Translations under genes and position numbers: made by a program
IMG/VR virus record: IMGVR_UViG_3300045988_056900
DNA: 64,000 nt
Reading direction: 5' to 3' (one strand)
Source of the DNA: a virus
Shown here: positions 37,185 to 47,677 of the stretch, piece by piece
How positions within the stretch are numbered: the stretch's first letter is position 1
Layout of the letters: every line of letters begins with the position of its first letter
Notes under the pieces: generated by a model
Told to the model about the DNA's origin: nothing
Databases searched by the model: none
Seen by the model: only the letters and a program-made list of their open reading frames with translations

Positions 37185-37538
37185 ATGAAGGTAATACAGA
37201 ATAAATGGATACCGTTTAAAGGTTATAAATACATTAATCTATTTGGTTTAATATTTACTAGAGATGCATCTAAAATAAATGCTAAAGAATATAATCACGA
37301 GAAGATTCATTTGAAGTAGATGCAAGAGATGCTATGGTTACCATTTTACTTATGGTATGGAATAGAGTACTGTATTATTAGACTACTTAGATTCTTTGAC
37401 AAGCAAAATGTAGTATATCACGATGTTAGCTTTGAAGAGGAAGCTCACAATAATGATGATAACTACACTTACCCTGAGACTAGGAAACATTATTCTTGGT
37501 TGAAATATTGTAAAATTAAAAGTTATAAGGAGGATTAA
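37185..37538 (+). CDS. small protein with an HExxH motif, one in-frame TAG
   Basis: MKVIQNKW...EYNHEKIHLK[TAG]MQEMLWLPFYLWYG... Confidence 0.55.
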
Positions 37539-37586
37539 TTATGGGATGCAAGAAAGGCGGAAAGAAACCTGTAAAGAAATAAGGTT

Positions 37587-38624
37587 ATGGACAGACAAGC
37601 ATTTAGAAATAGGATGCAATAGTTGAAGTAGTACCGGGAGTAGAATCCCGGTAAGACTTATCTTGACTTTAAAAAGTACGCTGAAGGAGGAGAGATACCA
37701 CCTAGCAACAAACCTATAATTCCTGAAGAGCCTCAACCATATAAAGGTAAATTATACAAGGATAGATATGGGCGTAAGTATACTGAAGATCAGATGAATG
37801 AGTACTATGATAGTAGTACAGACGAGATTGATAGATTCACTGGGAAACCATTCATTAGAGGATTAAAGCCAGTAGGAGATATTGAAGATGCTGCAAATGC
37901 AACACCTGTAGGTGATGCTATATCTGCGTATGATACTTATAAGGCTTTAAAGAATAAAGACTGGGAAGGTGCTGGATTAGCTGCAATGGGCTTGATTCCT
38001 TTTATTCCTAGTTTAGGCGGTGTTGCTGTTAAATCTTCTAAGAAAATTAGTAAGCCAAAGAGCGCTTACATTCCTAAAGTAAATCCTAACTATAAATAGA
38101 GTGTTATAGATAGGGCTTTGCATGAGTAGAATAATTATTCAAATATGCCATTAAAAGTAATTGAAGAGATAAATGATCAGCGTAACAGAACATATGATCT
38201 GATGCAAGAACCGTATGCTAGAGAAAGAGCAAAGGCCGTAGATCATCAATATGGTACAGATTATTTGAAGGTAAATGAATTCTTAAGGAAGCTCGGTGAT
38301 AAGAGCAAGTTTATTCCATTTAATCAGGCAAAGACTATGTATCCTAATATGACTAGAGATATGTATGATAACATATTATAGGGTACTGAAATCAAAAGTT
38401 ATATGAATCAGTTTAGGAATTACTTGGACCAGAAAGGTAAACTGAATAGAGGAAACTATACAGGTAGCTATAAGAATTTGAAGAAAGAGATAATTGATGC
38501 TCCTAAAGAAAGTTTCAATAACATCAAGGCTATCTTTAATCTATATAGGAGTCCTAAGTTATTCAACAAGGACTTTCAAATGATTCCTATAGTAAATAAT
38601 ACTAACGATAATACTATAGCGTGA
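37587..38624 (+). CDS. virion-module hypothetical protein, 6 in-frame TAG codons
   Basis: A frame from ATG 37587 joins track ORFs 37794, 38145 and 38403. TGA stop at 38622. Confidence 0.65.
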
Positions 38625-38968
38625 TGAATAACTACTCATGTTTGCCAACTAATTTCTTCAGATATGCTTTTGCTCTAATTAAATAGAATGAATATCTAAA
38701 TAAATTTAGATTAGAAGTATGTACTGAAGAATCTACAGAACAGCTTAATAAACCTCTATTTAATCCTAATAGACATCCAAAATTTTCTCCAGATTTATCA
38801 GAAGAAGAGGTAGAATTATTAAAAGATTCAGTATATTTCAATAGAGAAGATTTATTAGAAATACTGAATATATTAATATTAAATTATATAAATTTGGAGG
38901 ACATACTAGATGATCAATTAGACAGACATGGCACTGATAATGCCAGAATATCCGATTCCGAAGTATAA
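38624..38968 (+). CDS. hypothetical protein, one in-frame TAG
   Basis: TGATG overlap start. MNNYSCLPTNFFRYAFALIK[TAG]NEYLNKF...RISDSEV, TAA stop. The minus-strand track ORF 38632-38841 is its shadow. Confidence 0.5.
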
Positions 38969-39143
38969 AGACGGAGGGATACATATCAAGAAAGAAAATA
39001 GAGGTAAGTTTAATGCCTTAAAGAAACGTACTGGTAAAAGTACTGAAGAACTTACACATAGTAAGAATCCACTAACTAGAAAGAGAGCTATCTTTGCTCA
39101 AAACTTTAGTAAAATAGCTAAGAGAAGGAAAAAGAGAAAATGA
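38928..39143 (+). CDS. small basic protein
   Basis: 71-aa ORF. Confidence 0.5.
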   Translation: MALIMPEYPIPKYKDGGIHIKKENRGKFNALKKRTGKSTEELTHSKNPLTRKRAIFAQNFSKIAKRRKKRK

Positions 39144-39670
39144 TAGGCAGATACAGAAGTAAATTTAAACAATTTGACGATAACAACAACTTGCTATGTT
39201 ATTCTTGTAAAAAATACAAATCGTTGGATTGCTTTGATAAGAACCCAGACAAATGGTTTAGAGCAGAAAAAGATACTAGATGTAAACAATGCAAGAAAGA
39301 AGCATATATACGTAGAAAATAGTAGAATCGAGGAAAGAAAGATTTGAATAGACTACTGTATGAAAGATTTCATGGTTTAAAAGACAGATCTAAAAGAAAG
39401 AATATCGAATGTAACATAGATGAAAATTATTTGCACGAACTATGGGAACGTTAGAATGGAATGTGTGCTTTGTCTGGAATACCTATGACATATTACTTTG
39501 ATAGTGGAAGAGTTCCCACTAATTTAAGTGTAGATAGAATTGATCCTAGTCTAGGTTATATTAAAGGTAATCTATAGCTAGTGTGTATGGCTGTTAATCA
39601 AATGAAAAATGATCTTACTATAGAATAGTTGAAATACTTTTGTAGAAGTATATTACAAAACAATAAATAA
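39140..39670 (+). CDS. HNH-type endonuclease with an N-terminal Cys4 finger, 5 in-frame TAG codons
   Basis: CYSCKK...CKQCKK. ELWER[TAG]NGMCALSG. SVDRIDPSLGYIKGNL[TAG]LVCMAVNQMKND. Both TAGs fall where this family usually has Q (from memory). Confidence 0.7.
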
Positions 39671-39688
39671 ATCTAATTATATATAATT

Positions 39689-40855
39689 ATGGAAGAAATT
39701 ACATTAAACGGTTTTGAAGTATTTGAAGACTTTCTGCCAGGAGCTAATGTACCAAAAAAAGAAACACAGCAGACTGAACAGGAAGAAGAAGTTATTAATC
39801 CGGATATAGATGCTGCTGGAGAAGAATTGACTGACGAGGAACTTGAAGCATTACGTAATCCTAAAAAAGACAAAGAAGATGATAATTCGACTAAGGAGGA
39901 TGAAAAGGAGGACACGCCTGCTAAAAAGAAGACCGGGAAGGATAAAGAAGTTGAAAAAGATGATAATTCAACTGGAGAAGACGAGGGAAGTACAGAAACT
40001 GAAGAAACTGATGATGACACTAATGCAGTGAGCGCATTCTTCGGAGTAATGGCAGAGAAAATGGGATGGGACATTGATGAGGAAGATGAAATCCCTTCTA
40101 CTCCTGAAGAGCTTGTTGACTATTTTCAATCCGTAATCGAAGAAAACTCAGTACCTCAGTATGCCAGTGAGGAAGTAGAAGCATTGGACAACTTTGTTAA
40201 GAATGGTGGTAATCTGAGAGATTACTTTGAGATTGATGGAGAGCTTGATCTTGAAGAGATTAGTATTGAGGATGATGAAGTAAACCAGAAACTTGTAGTA
40301 AAAGAATTCTTGAAAGAAAAAGGATTTAATGCTAAACAGATTGAAAAGAAATTGTCCAAATATGAAGATGCTGGTTTGCTTGAGGATGAGGCTGAAGATG
40401 CTTTAGAAGCCCTCAAAGAGATTAAAGAGCAAAAGAAACAACAGCTATTGAAAGACCAAGAAAACCAAGCTAAGGCTGCTGCAAAGCGTCAACAGGAATA
40501 CTTTAATAGCGTTGTCAACGAAATAAAAGGCATGGATGATATTCGTGGTATTAAGATACCAGAAAAAGACAAGAAAGCATTGTTAGAATATATCTTTAAG
40601 CCTGACGCCGAGGGTAAGACACAGTATTAGAAAGACTGGTCTAAGAGCGTAAAGAATTTGCTTGAATCCGCTTACTTCACTATGAAAGGTGATACTTTAC
40701 TGAAAGCAGCTAAGAATGAAGGTTCTAATACTGCTATCAATAAGTTTAAGAGTAGTCTGAATAAGACTGGTGTAAGTAGGAGAACAAAGAAAACGGACAA
40801 CACTAGCACTACAGATATGTGGAAGTCTTTTGCGCAACAGTTGCGTACAAATTAA
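39689..40855 (+). CDS. acidic coiled-coil protein, scaffold-like, one in-frame TAG
   Basis: Joins track ORFs 39689 and 40658. D/E/K-rich. Lies immediately upstream of the capsid gene. Confidence 0.65.
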
Positions 40856-40890
40856 TAATAAACTAAATAAATTAAAATTACTAGTATTTT

Positions 40891-42360
40891 ATGGATAATA
40901 ATATTCTAAATAACTTAGTTTTATACAAAGGTAAATGGTTTTCAGACTTGATTGACACTGCCAAAATCAGTGCAGCTTCGCAATAGAACCCGTATCAGGT
41001 TGCTACCGTATTGTCTTATGTATTTGGAACTAAGGATAGCGGTTACAACACTTCCCTGGATATGTTGACAGGTGGTCTTGGTAATGTAATGACTATTGAC
41101 CAACCGAGCTGGGAATGGAACGTAATGATTGATGCTGACAGAGCAGTAACTATTAGAGATGCAAGATGGAATGGTGCAGCTATTACTTCAGATTCTACAC
41201 CGGGTCTGGGAAATACTCCTATCCAATTGTGGCTTGAAGATAACTGGTTTGGTCCTACTGCAATCTTGGAATTTGATGATAAAGAATACCAAGTACGTGT
41301 AGCAGGTGCTCCTTACCAAGATGGTAATCTTTGGGTATACACTTGTTTCGTAGCTGATGGTCAGCCGTCATCTTATATTCCTGCAGATCTGTTGACTCCG
41401 GGTTGTCAAGTATCTCGTCTTGCTTCTGCTGTAGAAGAATACAGTGAAGAAGGTGATATCCTGAACTATAGTACTCATTTTAAAATGCGTAATTATCTGA
41501 CGACAATTCGTATTAACTATGATATTACTGGTTCAGCTTATTCTACTGTAATGGCAATTGCATTGCAGGATCCGAAAACAGGTAAGAAATCTTATCTGTG
41601 GGCAGATTATCAGGAATGGAAAGCCATGAGAGAATGGTATAAGAGATGTGAAAGAATGTTGGTTTACATGAAAAATAATGTAAACAAAGATGGTTCTTGT
41701 AACTTGAAAGGTACTAACGGTCGTCCGGTATTTATCGGTGCTGGTTTGCTGGAACAGATTGCTCCATCTAACAGACGTTATTACACTGAATTGACTGCAG
41801 AACTGTTGGAAGATTTCTTGTTCGACCTGTCTTACAATGTACTTGGTACTAACGAACGTAAGTTTGTTGCCTTGACTGGTGAAATGGGTATGAGAGAATT
41901 CGACAGAATCCTTAAAGAAAAAGTTGTTAACATGAACTTGATTGATACAGTATTTGTAACAGGTTCTGGTGATAACCTTACTTTTGGTGGTCAGTTCAAA
42001 ACATTCAAGATGACTAATGGCATTGAACTCACATTGAAATACTTCCCATTGTATGATGATCTGATGTACAACCGTAAACTGCATCCGGTTACTAAGAAAC
42101 CGTTGGAATCATATCGTATGACATTCCTTGATCTTGGTAGACGTGATGGTGAAGCTAACATCGTAAAAGTAGTTCGTAAAGATCGTGAATTCGTTACTTG
42201 GACTACTGGTGGTGCTGTTCTTCCGTCAGGTTATGGTAAATCAATCAATACTCTGAGATCTAATGGTAAGGACGGTTATACCGTTTACTTCCTGGGCGAA
42301 ATGGGTATCATGTTGAGAGACCCAAGAGCTTGTGGTGAACTTATCATGGAAGCAGAGTAA
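40891..42360 (+). CDS. major capsid protein, one in-frame TAG near the N-terminus
   Basis: ATG 40891 and TAG 40984 join to the track ORF 41011-42360 (~489 aa). Assigned from position, size, G/C-richer codon use and the strong hairpin downstream. Confidence 0.75.
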
Positions 42361-42385
42361 TTTACACTCTGGAATCCAAAATAAA

Positions 42386-42401
42386 GGGGCCTTCGGGCCC
42401 C
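42386..42401 (+). terminator. GC-rich UUCG-tetraloop hairpin after the capsid gene
   Basis: GGGGCC-TTCG-GGCCCC. No U-run follows, so it could be a stabiliser rather than a terminator. Confidence 0.45.
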
Positions 42402-42431
42402 ACCTAACTAGATAATCTAATATTTGATATT

Positions 42432-43184
42432 ATGGAAGTAATCGTTAGAATCATTAAAACAAATCCTTGGACCGGGATTACTAAATGGCCCACATGTTTT
42501 GATTATGTTGGATCTTATTGGACAAGATCAGGTAATCGTTACACAGGTCTTACTGAAGAACAAGCAAGACGTCTAGAAAAAGAAATTGGTTATCAGGAAG
42601 GAGAACTCTCTCCAAATAGTAATTATTGGAAAACATTTGCATGTCAGATTGGTAAAAAAGATTTGATCTTGCACACAGAAAATCCTTACGATGAACTGCA
42701 ATATTTGTTCCTTAAAAGTCATAAAAGAGTAGCTAATGGTCTTAATAACATTAAACCATCTAGTGACTATGTAATGATTAATAAGGATAGTGAAGCTGAA
42801 GAAGCTAACAAGATCAATAAAGTTAAACGTGATGCATATAGAGAGATGGATAAGATGTCTATTGAAGATATGCGTAAGTGTTTGAGACTGTATGGTATTA
42901 AATCTGATACTATGTCTAATGAGCTTATTGAAGCTAAGATGACTGAACAGATCGAAAACTCACCTAAGAACTTTATGATGAAATGGGTTGAAAACCCTAA
43001 TAAAGAAATTCACTTCGTAATCGAAGAAGCTATCTCTAAAAACATTATTAGAAAGAATAGAGCTAACTATTATTTTGGAACAGACTTGATTGGTAATGGT
43101 CTTGATGATGTAGTTGCTTATTTGAAAGATAAAAAGAATAATGATATTAAGATGGCAATTCTTAATGAAATTAAGTCTAAATAA
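42432..43184 (+). CDS. virion-module protein without any TAG
   Basis: 250-aa uninterrupted ORF. Confidence 0.75.
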   Translation: MEVIVRIIKTNPWTGITKWPTCFDYVGSYWTRSGNRYTGLTEEQARRLEKEIGYQEGELSPNSNYWKTFACQIGKKDLILHTENPYDELQYLFLKSHKRVANGLNNIKPSSDYVMINKDSEAEEANKINKVKRDAYREMDKMSIEDMRKCLRLYGIKSDTMSNELIEAKMTEQIENSPKNFMMKWVENPNKEIHFVIEEAISKNIIRKNRANYYFGTDLIGNGLDDVVAYLKDKKNNDIKMAILNEIKSK

Positions 43185-43882
43185 TGAATAATCGTACTGC
43201 ACATATTTAGTTTAAAGTTATCCTTGATAAGAATGCTTAGGGGGTTGCCTTCGGTGGTGCTCCCGCATTTTTACCATAGGAAATAGACTTATTTCTTAAC
43301 CAAGGATAGGATGAGATCATAAGTAATAAGATTAGTGGTAACAATGTACTTAAAGTAGGATTTGAAGGTTCTCAATAGAGAATATCAGAACTAGATGCAT
43401 TAGTACGTACAGATAAGAATGTAACTGCTAATAGAAGCGAATTTAATGAATTCGTATTAGATAATGTGCATAAGGACGGAGAAAGACTTACTATATGGAG
43501 TGTAATGCTGAAGTATGGTAATTATCCTACTAACTGTTTACTAGTAGATCATAATACAGCTGGATTATTTAAGTAGACATATAATAATACTCCATGGGTA
43601 GAATACCCAGTATCTGCAATAGAGGATAATCAACTGTTAATATATGTTGATCCTATATTGATGGAAGATGAGTTATATAGGCCTACAGATAATAAATATG
43701 CTGTTGATATTACTTATATAAAGAAGCCTACTCCTTTTGATTATACTAAGCCAGACGAAGAGCTAGATTTACCTAATGATGTAATGACTGAAGTAATAAA
43801 CAGAGCTGTAGTACTGGCATTAGAGAATATAGAATCACAAAGAACTGCTGGAAAGTTATAGTTAAACCAATTATCTGAATAA
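43184..43882 (+). CDS. head/neck-module protein, 7 in-frame TAG codons
   Basis: TAATG overlap start. MNNRTAHI[TAG]FKVILDKNA[TAG]GVAFGGAPAFLP[TAG]EIDLFLNQG[TAG]DEII... joins to track ORF 43658. Confidence 0.6.
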
Positions 43883-43884
43883 TT

Positions 43885-44547
43885 ATGCGTGAGAGAGATT
43901 TTCAAATACAGTTTGAAAGATAGTTGTAGACTTTAATACCTGGGTATAATACTACTACTAAACTTAATTCAGATACTATCTTTTCATATATAAATCGTGC
44001 TAAAGATGAGTATGTGAAATAGTTGTATAGAGTATTTCAGCAGAATCAAGAGATAACTGATAAATTACGTACATTGGTAGATAAGACTATCTATACTAAA
44101 TCTGACTTTATGGTAGAGGATAATAGATGGTCAACTAGCTATCCAAATAACTATTTGTTTGCACTAGGTGAAGAAACATTTATTGATATTTATTCTAATG
44201 CTTGTCCATTGTTAGTAGTTAGAACCAGGGACGTATTAGAAGCTACCATAGAAACAGTAGACAGAATTCTAGAAAATAGTTTGTCAGAATACCACCTCCA
44301 CCACAATCAAGCCAGACCTGTTCGCTTATATACGGAGAACAAAATAGTATTGATTACTGATGGAAATTATGGTATTACTAAGTATATACTTACTTACTTA
44401 AGAAATGCAAAAGATTTAGGTAAGGATTTGGTAAAAGAATATACAGAGTTACCAGAAGTAACTCACCAAGAAATTGTTGATGCGGCAGTTAGACTATATC
44501 TGTCAGAAGCGGCTTCAACTAAATAGTCAGATAAATCTGACGAATAA
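43885..44547 (+). CDS. head/neck-module protein, 4 in-frame TAG codons
   Basis: MRERDFQIQFER[TAG]L[TAG]TLIPGY... joins to track ORF 44023. Continues through TAG 44524 to TAA 44545. Confidence 0.6.
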
Positions 44548-44644
44548 AAAAGCGTTCATCGACGTGGAAATCTGAAATAAGGAAAGTAGAAGATGAATAA
44601 AGTTGATATGAGCGCGCATCGTTAAACTAAAATAATTTAATACA

Positions 44645-45625
44645 ATGTTACAACACGTAGATTATATTCTAATCGGTAAAAATCTGCCAGCATCATATAC
44701 AACTGCTGATGCTTTGAGTGCAGGCGACGTTGCTTTGTTCGACCAGAATAGAGCTATCATTAAGACTGCTGCTGATGCAGTTAATGCTACTTCTCTTTAC
44801 GTAGGAGTTGCTCAAAATAAGATTAATGTAACTATGCCAAATGGTACAGTTGCTCAGAAAGCTAATATTAAATTCGGTAATGAAATCCAAAAAGCTTCTA
44901 AACCGAGTGCAGTTATTGGTGAATATGTAGCACCTGTTCAGGACAAAATTGTTATTACTTTGACTGACGCTACTATCGTTGCTGGTCATAGATATGTTCT
45001 GAGAATGGTTTACAAAGATATCTATGAAGCTCCAGGTCAGTTCACACATACTTATGAAGTATATGCTGACTCTAATGACGCTGAAGCTTTGGCAGCTGCT
45101 ATTGTTAAGAAGATTAACAAACACAAAAATCGTAGAATCCAAGCTCAGTCTTCTGCTGCTGTTATTACTTTGACAGCTATGGAAAAAGACGATAATGAAG
45201 GAGTTTACTCATTGAGTGAATACTCTGTAGTTAGCATGGAAGCTACCTTGTATACTACTGTTCCTGGTGCATTGCTGGCTAACCAGCCTACTGCAATCCC
45301 TGGTGCTACTATCGTTAAGACTCCTGGTAATCCTGGTAAAGGCTACTGGAAACAAGTACGTGACGCTGAAGTACGTTTCATGGGCTACCAAGGTCATGTA
45401 TTTACTGGAGCTTATCCTGAAGTAGAGCAGGCTAGAATGGTAGAAGAAGGTGCAACTTACGACTATATTACTATCGAAAACGATAATTTGTATCTGAGTA
45501 ACGATAACCAATATATCAAAACTACTCCGCTTACTACTGAACTGTATGTTAAGCATTCAAGTGGTTTTGCTACCTCTATCGTTGCTAAAGGTATCGAAGC
45601 ATTTATCGCAGGTAAAGCAGCCTAA
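44645..45625 (+). CDS. abundant-looking structural protein without any TAG
   Basis: 326-aa uninterrupted ORF with G/C-richer codon use, followed by a terminator. Confidence 0.8.
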   Translation: MLQHVDYILIGKNLPASYTTADALSAGDVALFDQNRAIIKTAADAVNATSLYVGVAQNKINVTMPNGTVAQKANIKFGNEIQKASKPSAVIGEYVAPVQDKIVITLTDATIVAGHRYVLRMVYKDIYEAPGQFTHTYEVYADSNDAEALAAAIVKKINKHKNRRIQAQSSAAVITLTAMEKDDNEGVYSLSEYSVVSMEATLYTTVPGALLANQPTAIPGATIVKTPGNPGKGYWKQVRDAEVRFMGYQGHVFTGAYPEVEQARMVEEGATYDYITIENDNLYLSNDNQYIKTTPLTTELYVKHSSGFATSIVAKGIEAFIAGKAA

Positions 45626-45647
45626 TAATAAATTACTGTAATAACTA

Positions 45648-45697
45648 AGTGGGGCGGGTTGGATTATTCCTTCCCACTCCACTTTTTTTATTTTTAT
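45648..45697 (+). terminator. bulged hairpin followed by a T-run
   Basis: AGTGGG...CCCACT with an inner GGA-TTAT-TCC, then CCACTTTTTTTATTTTT. Confidence 0.5.
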
Positions 45698-45700
45698 AAT

Positions 45701-46327
45701 ATGAATAAAATAGTTGATGCAAATATAAAGGATAACATACTAAAATTTAATATTATAGCAGATGTATCCATTACCAATAGTTCACAAGTAATAGTATACA
45801 TAAATGAATGCAGTAATATTAAGAACCTGTATAGTGATGATCCTAAGCTGCAAGATTATGTATTTGATTCTACGAATAGTGCCATATCTGTAACTCCAAT
45901 TGTTAGAGAAGGTGAACCAGAGCTAGTTACTACTGTATATACTTATGAGGTATCTATTACTTCTGATATAATTAGTAGCTTTGATTCTAACATGAAGTAT
46001 ATCAAATTATACTGCACTACAGAGAATTATGTTAACGATTACATAGATGGCATAATCTACGATCCTAATACGTTATATGAAGCAGAGATAAAGATGTTAC
46101 ATAGTTATTGTAATACTTGCTTAGATGATAAGCAAATGCAGAAGGTAATGATATTAGTCTTTAAAAGACAGCTTTTAGAATAGGCTATTGCTACTTCTCA
46201 TAATAAAGAAGCTATGCAATATTATTTAGATTTGGTGCGCTTAATGGGCGTTAATGTTAATAAAAAATGTGATAATAATGGATGCTAGGAATGTAAAGTG
46301 TGCTTTAACGGGATGTGTTCCCTGTAA
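45701..46327 (+). CDS. hypothetical virion-module protein, 2 in-frame TAG codons
   Basis: ATG 45701 (MNKIVDANIK...). The track start at 45659 lies inside the terminator. Reads through TAG 46181 and one further TAG to TAA 46325. Confidence 0.6.
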
Positions 46328-46538
46328 TAAAAACTGCATCCAACCTCTTAATCAATTCTTCTATATAACTGTAGATTACAAAGGTAATTTAGTAATAATA
46401 TCTGACTATGTTAAATATCCTGAAGTAGAAGTGGACCCAGCTGATCAATAGATTACGTTCCATGATAAAGAGGTTACGGATTTCAATAAACCTGATACTA
46501 AACTGTTTTACAATGGAATACACAAAATTACTTGGTAA
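46278..46538 (+). CDS. small protein, ends at TAG 46449 or at TAA 46536
   Basis: MDARNVKCALTGCVPCNKNC...DPADQ[TAG]ITFHDKEVTDFNKPDTKLFYNGIHKITW. Confidence 0.4.
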
Positions 46539-47670
46539 AGTAACCTTAACAACAGATGGTCTACACGATAGTGCTAGAACATATGATAGACTATGCTTAG
46601 TATATGACTCTGCATATAGATCTTTCATATCCATTAAAGATGTACCAGCTAACATTAGTATTGACAATAAGACCTATTGGCAACCATTAAGCATAATTAC
46701 AGCTGATAATGAGGATTTAATGGTAGATGAGAATCTACGTATTAAATTTGCAAATAAAGAGTATAACCCTACACAGAATAGCGGTATGGGTTATGTTATA
46801 CTACGCAAGAGAAAAGGCAATATAATCACATAGGAAGACTTCAGTCAAGCTAATACCTTATACGTAGTAGAGTATGATTTCTACTTAGGTAGTAGTACTA
46901 TTACTATACCAGAAGGGTGTGCAATATACTTCAAAGGTGGTACTTTAAATGCAGGTACTGTAGTAGGTACAGATACTATGGCATATGGTACTATAAGTAA
47001 TAAAGGAGATGCTACATTTGATGGTACTTGGTAGGAATCAGGTACAGGAAGTGGAGGAGACCTTAGTGATTTAGAAGAAAGAGTAAAGAGATTGGAAGAA
47101 GCTATGTTCCCATATAAATTTACAGTTAGTGGAGGTGGAGTATATAAGAAAGGCACTACTTCTTCAGTTACTGTTAGATGGTCATTTGTACAAGGTACTA
47201 CGACTGCTACACCTGATACATTAACTATTAATGGAGAGTCTGTAGCTCCTTCATAGACTAGTAAGACATACCTAGATGTAGGTGTAGATACTGATTATGT
47301 GATCAAAGCCACTAAAGATGGAATCGAGTATACTGGTACAGTTACAGCAAGATTTGTTAATCCATCATACTTTGGAGTAGTTCCTAGTAACTTTGTACCT
47401 ACAGAAGAACTAGTGAAAGAACTTAGTAGTGGTGATATTATAAAGAATACTAAGACTTACGCTACTCCTACATTTACACAGAATGCTTAGAAGAACTGTT
47501 ATGCATATCCAAAAGCGTTTGGTATGCTAACTGATATCAGAGATATGAGTAATCAGAATTTGAACGGTTCTTATGTTTATACTGAGATAGCAATTAATGA
47601 CGAGATGTATTATGTATATGTTCTCAAAACGCCATCTACAGTAACAAATTACAAAATAATCTTTAATTAA
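46513..47670 (+). CDS. tail-module protein, 4 in-frame TAG codons
   Basis: MEYTKLLGKVTLTTDGLHDSARTYDRL... joins track ORFs 46462 and 47299. TAA stop at 47668. Confidence 0.65.
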
Positions 47671-47677
47671 AAGATAT

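Noticed and set aside
39673-40074. Long ORFs on the strand opposite to clear genes. Examples: 39673-40074, 41533-42084, 44693-45142, 45209-45556 and 27709-27966 on the minus strand; 8219-8620, 14534-15097, 1361-1732 and 19543-19938 on the plus strand.
   Set aside because: They lie entirely inside better-supported genes on the other strand. They have low-complexity or Ser/Leu/Phe-rich translations typical of antisense frames in AT-rich DNA. They also break the strict strand polarity of each arm.
43236-43262. GC-rich imperfect hairpin GGGGGTTGCC-TTCG-GTGGTGCTCCC that looked like a terminator after the 42432 gene.
   Set aside because: Once TAG is read as sense, it lies inside the 43184-43882 gene (codes GVAFGGAP), and no T-run follows.
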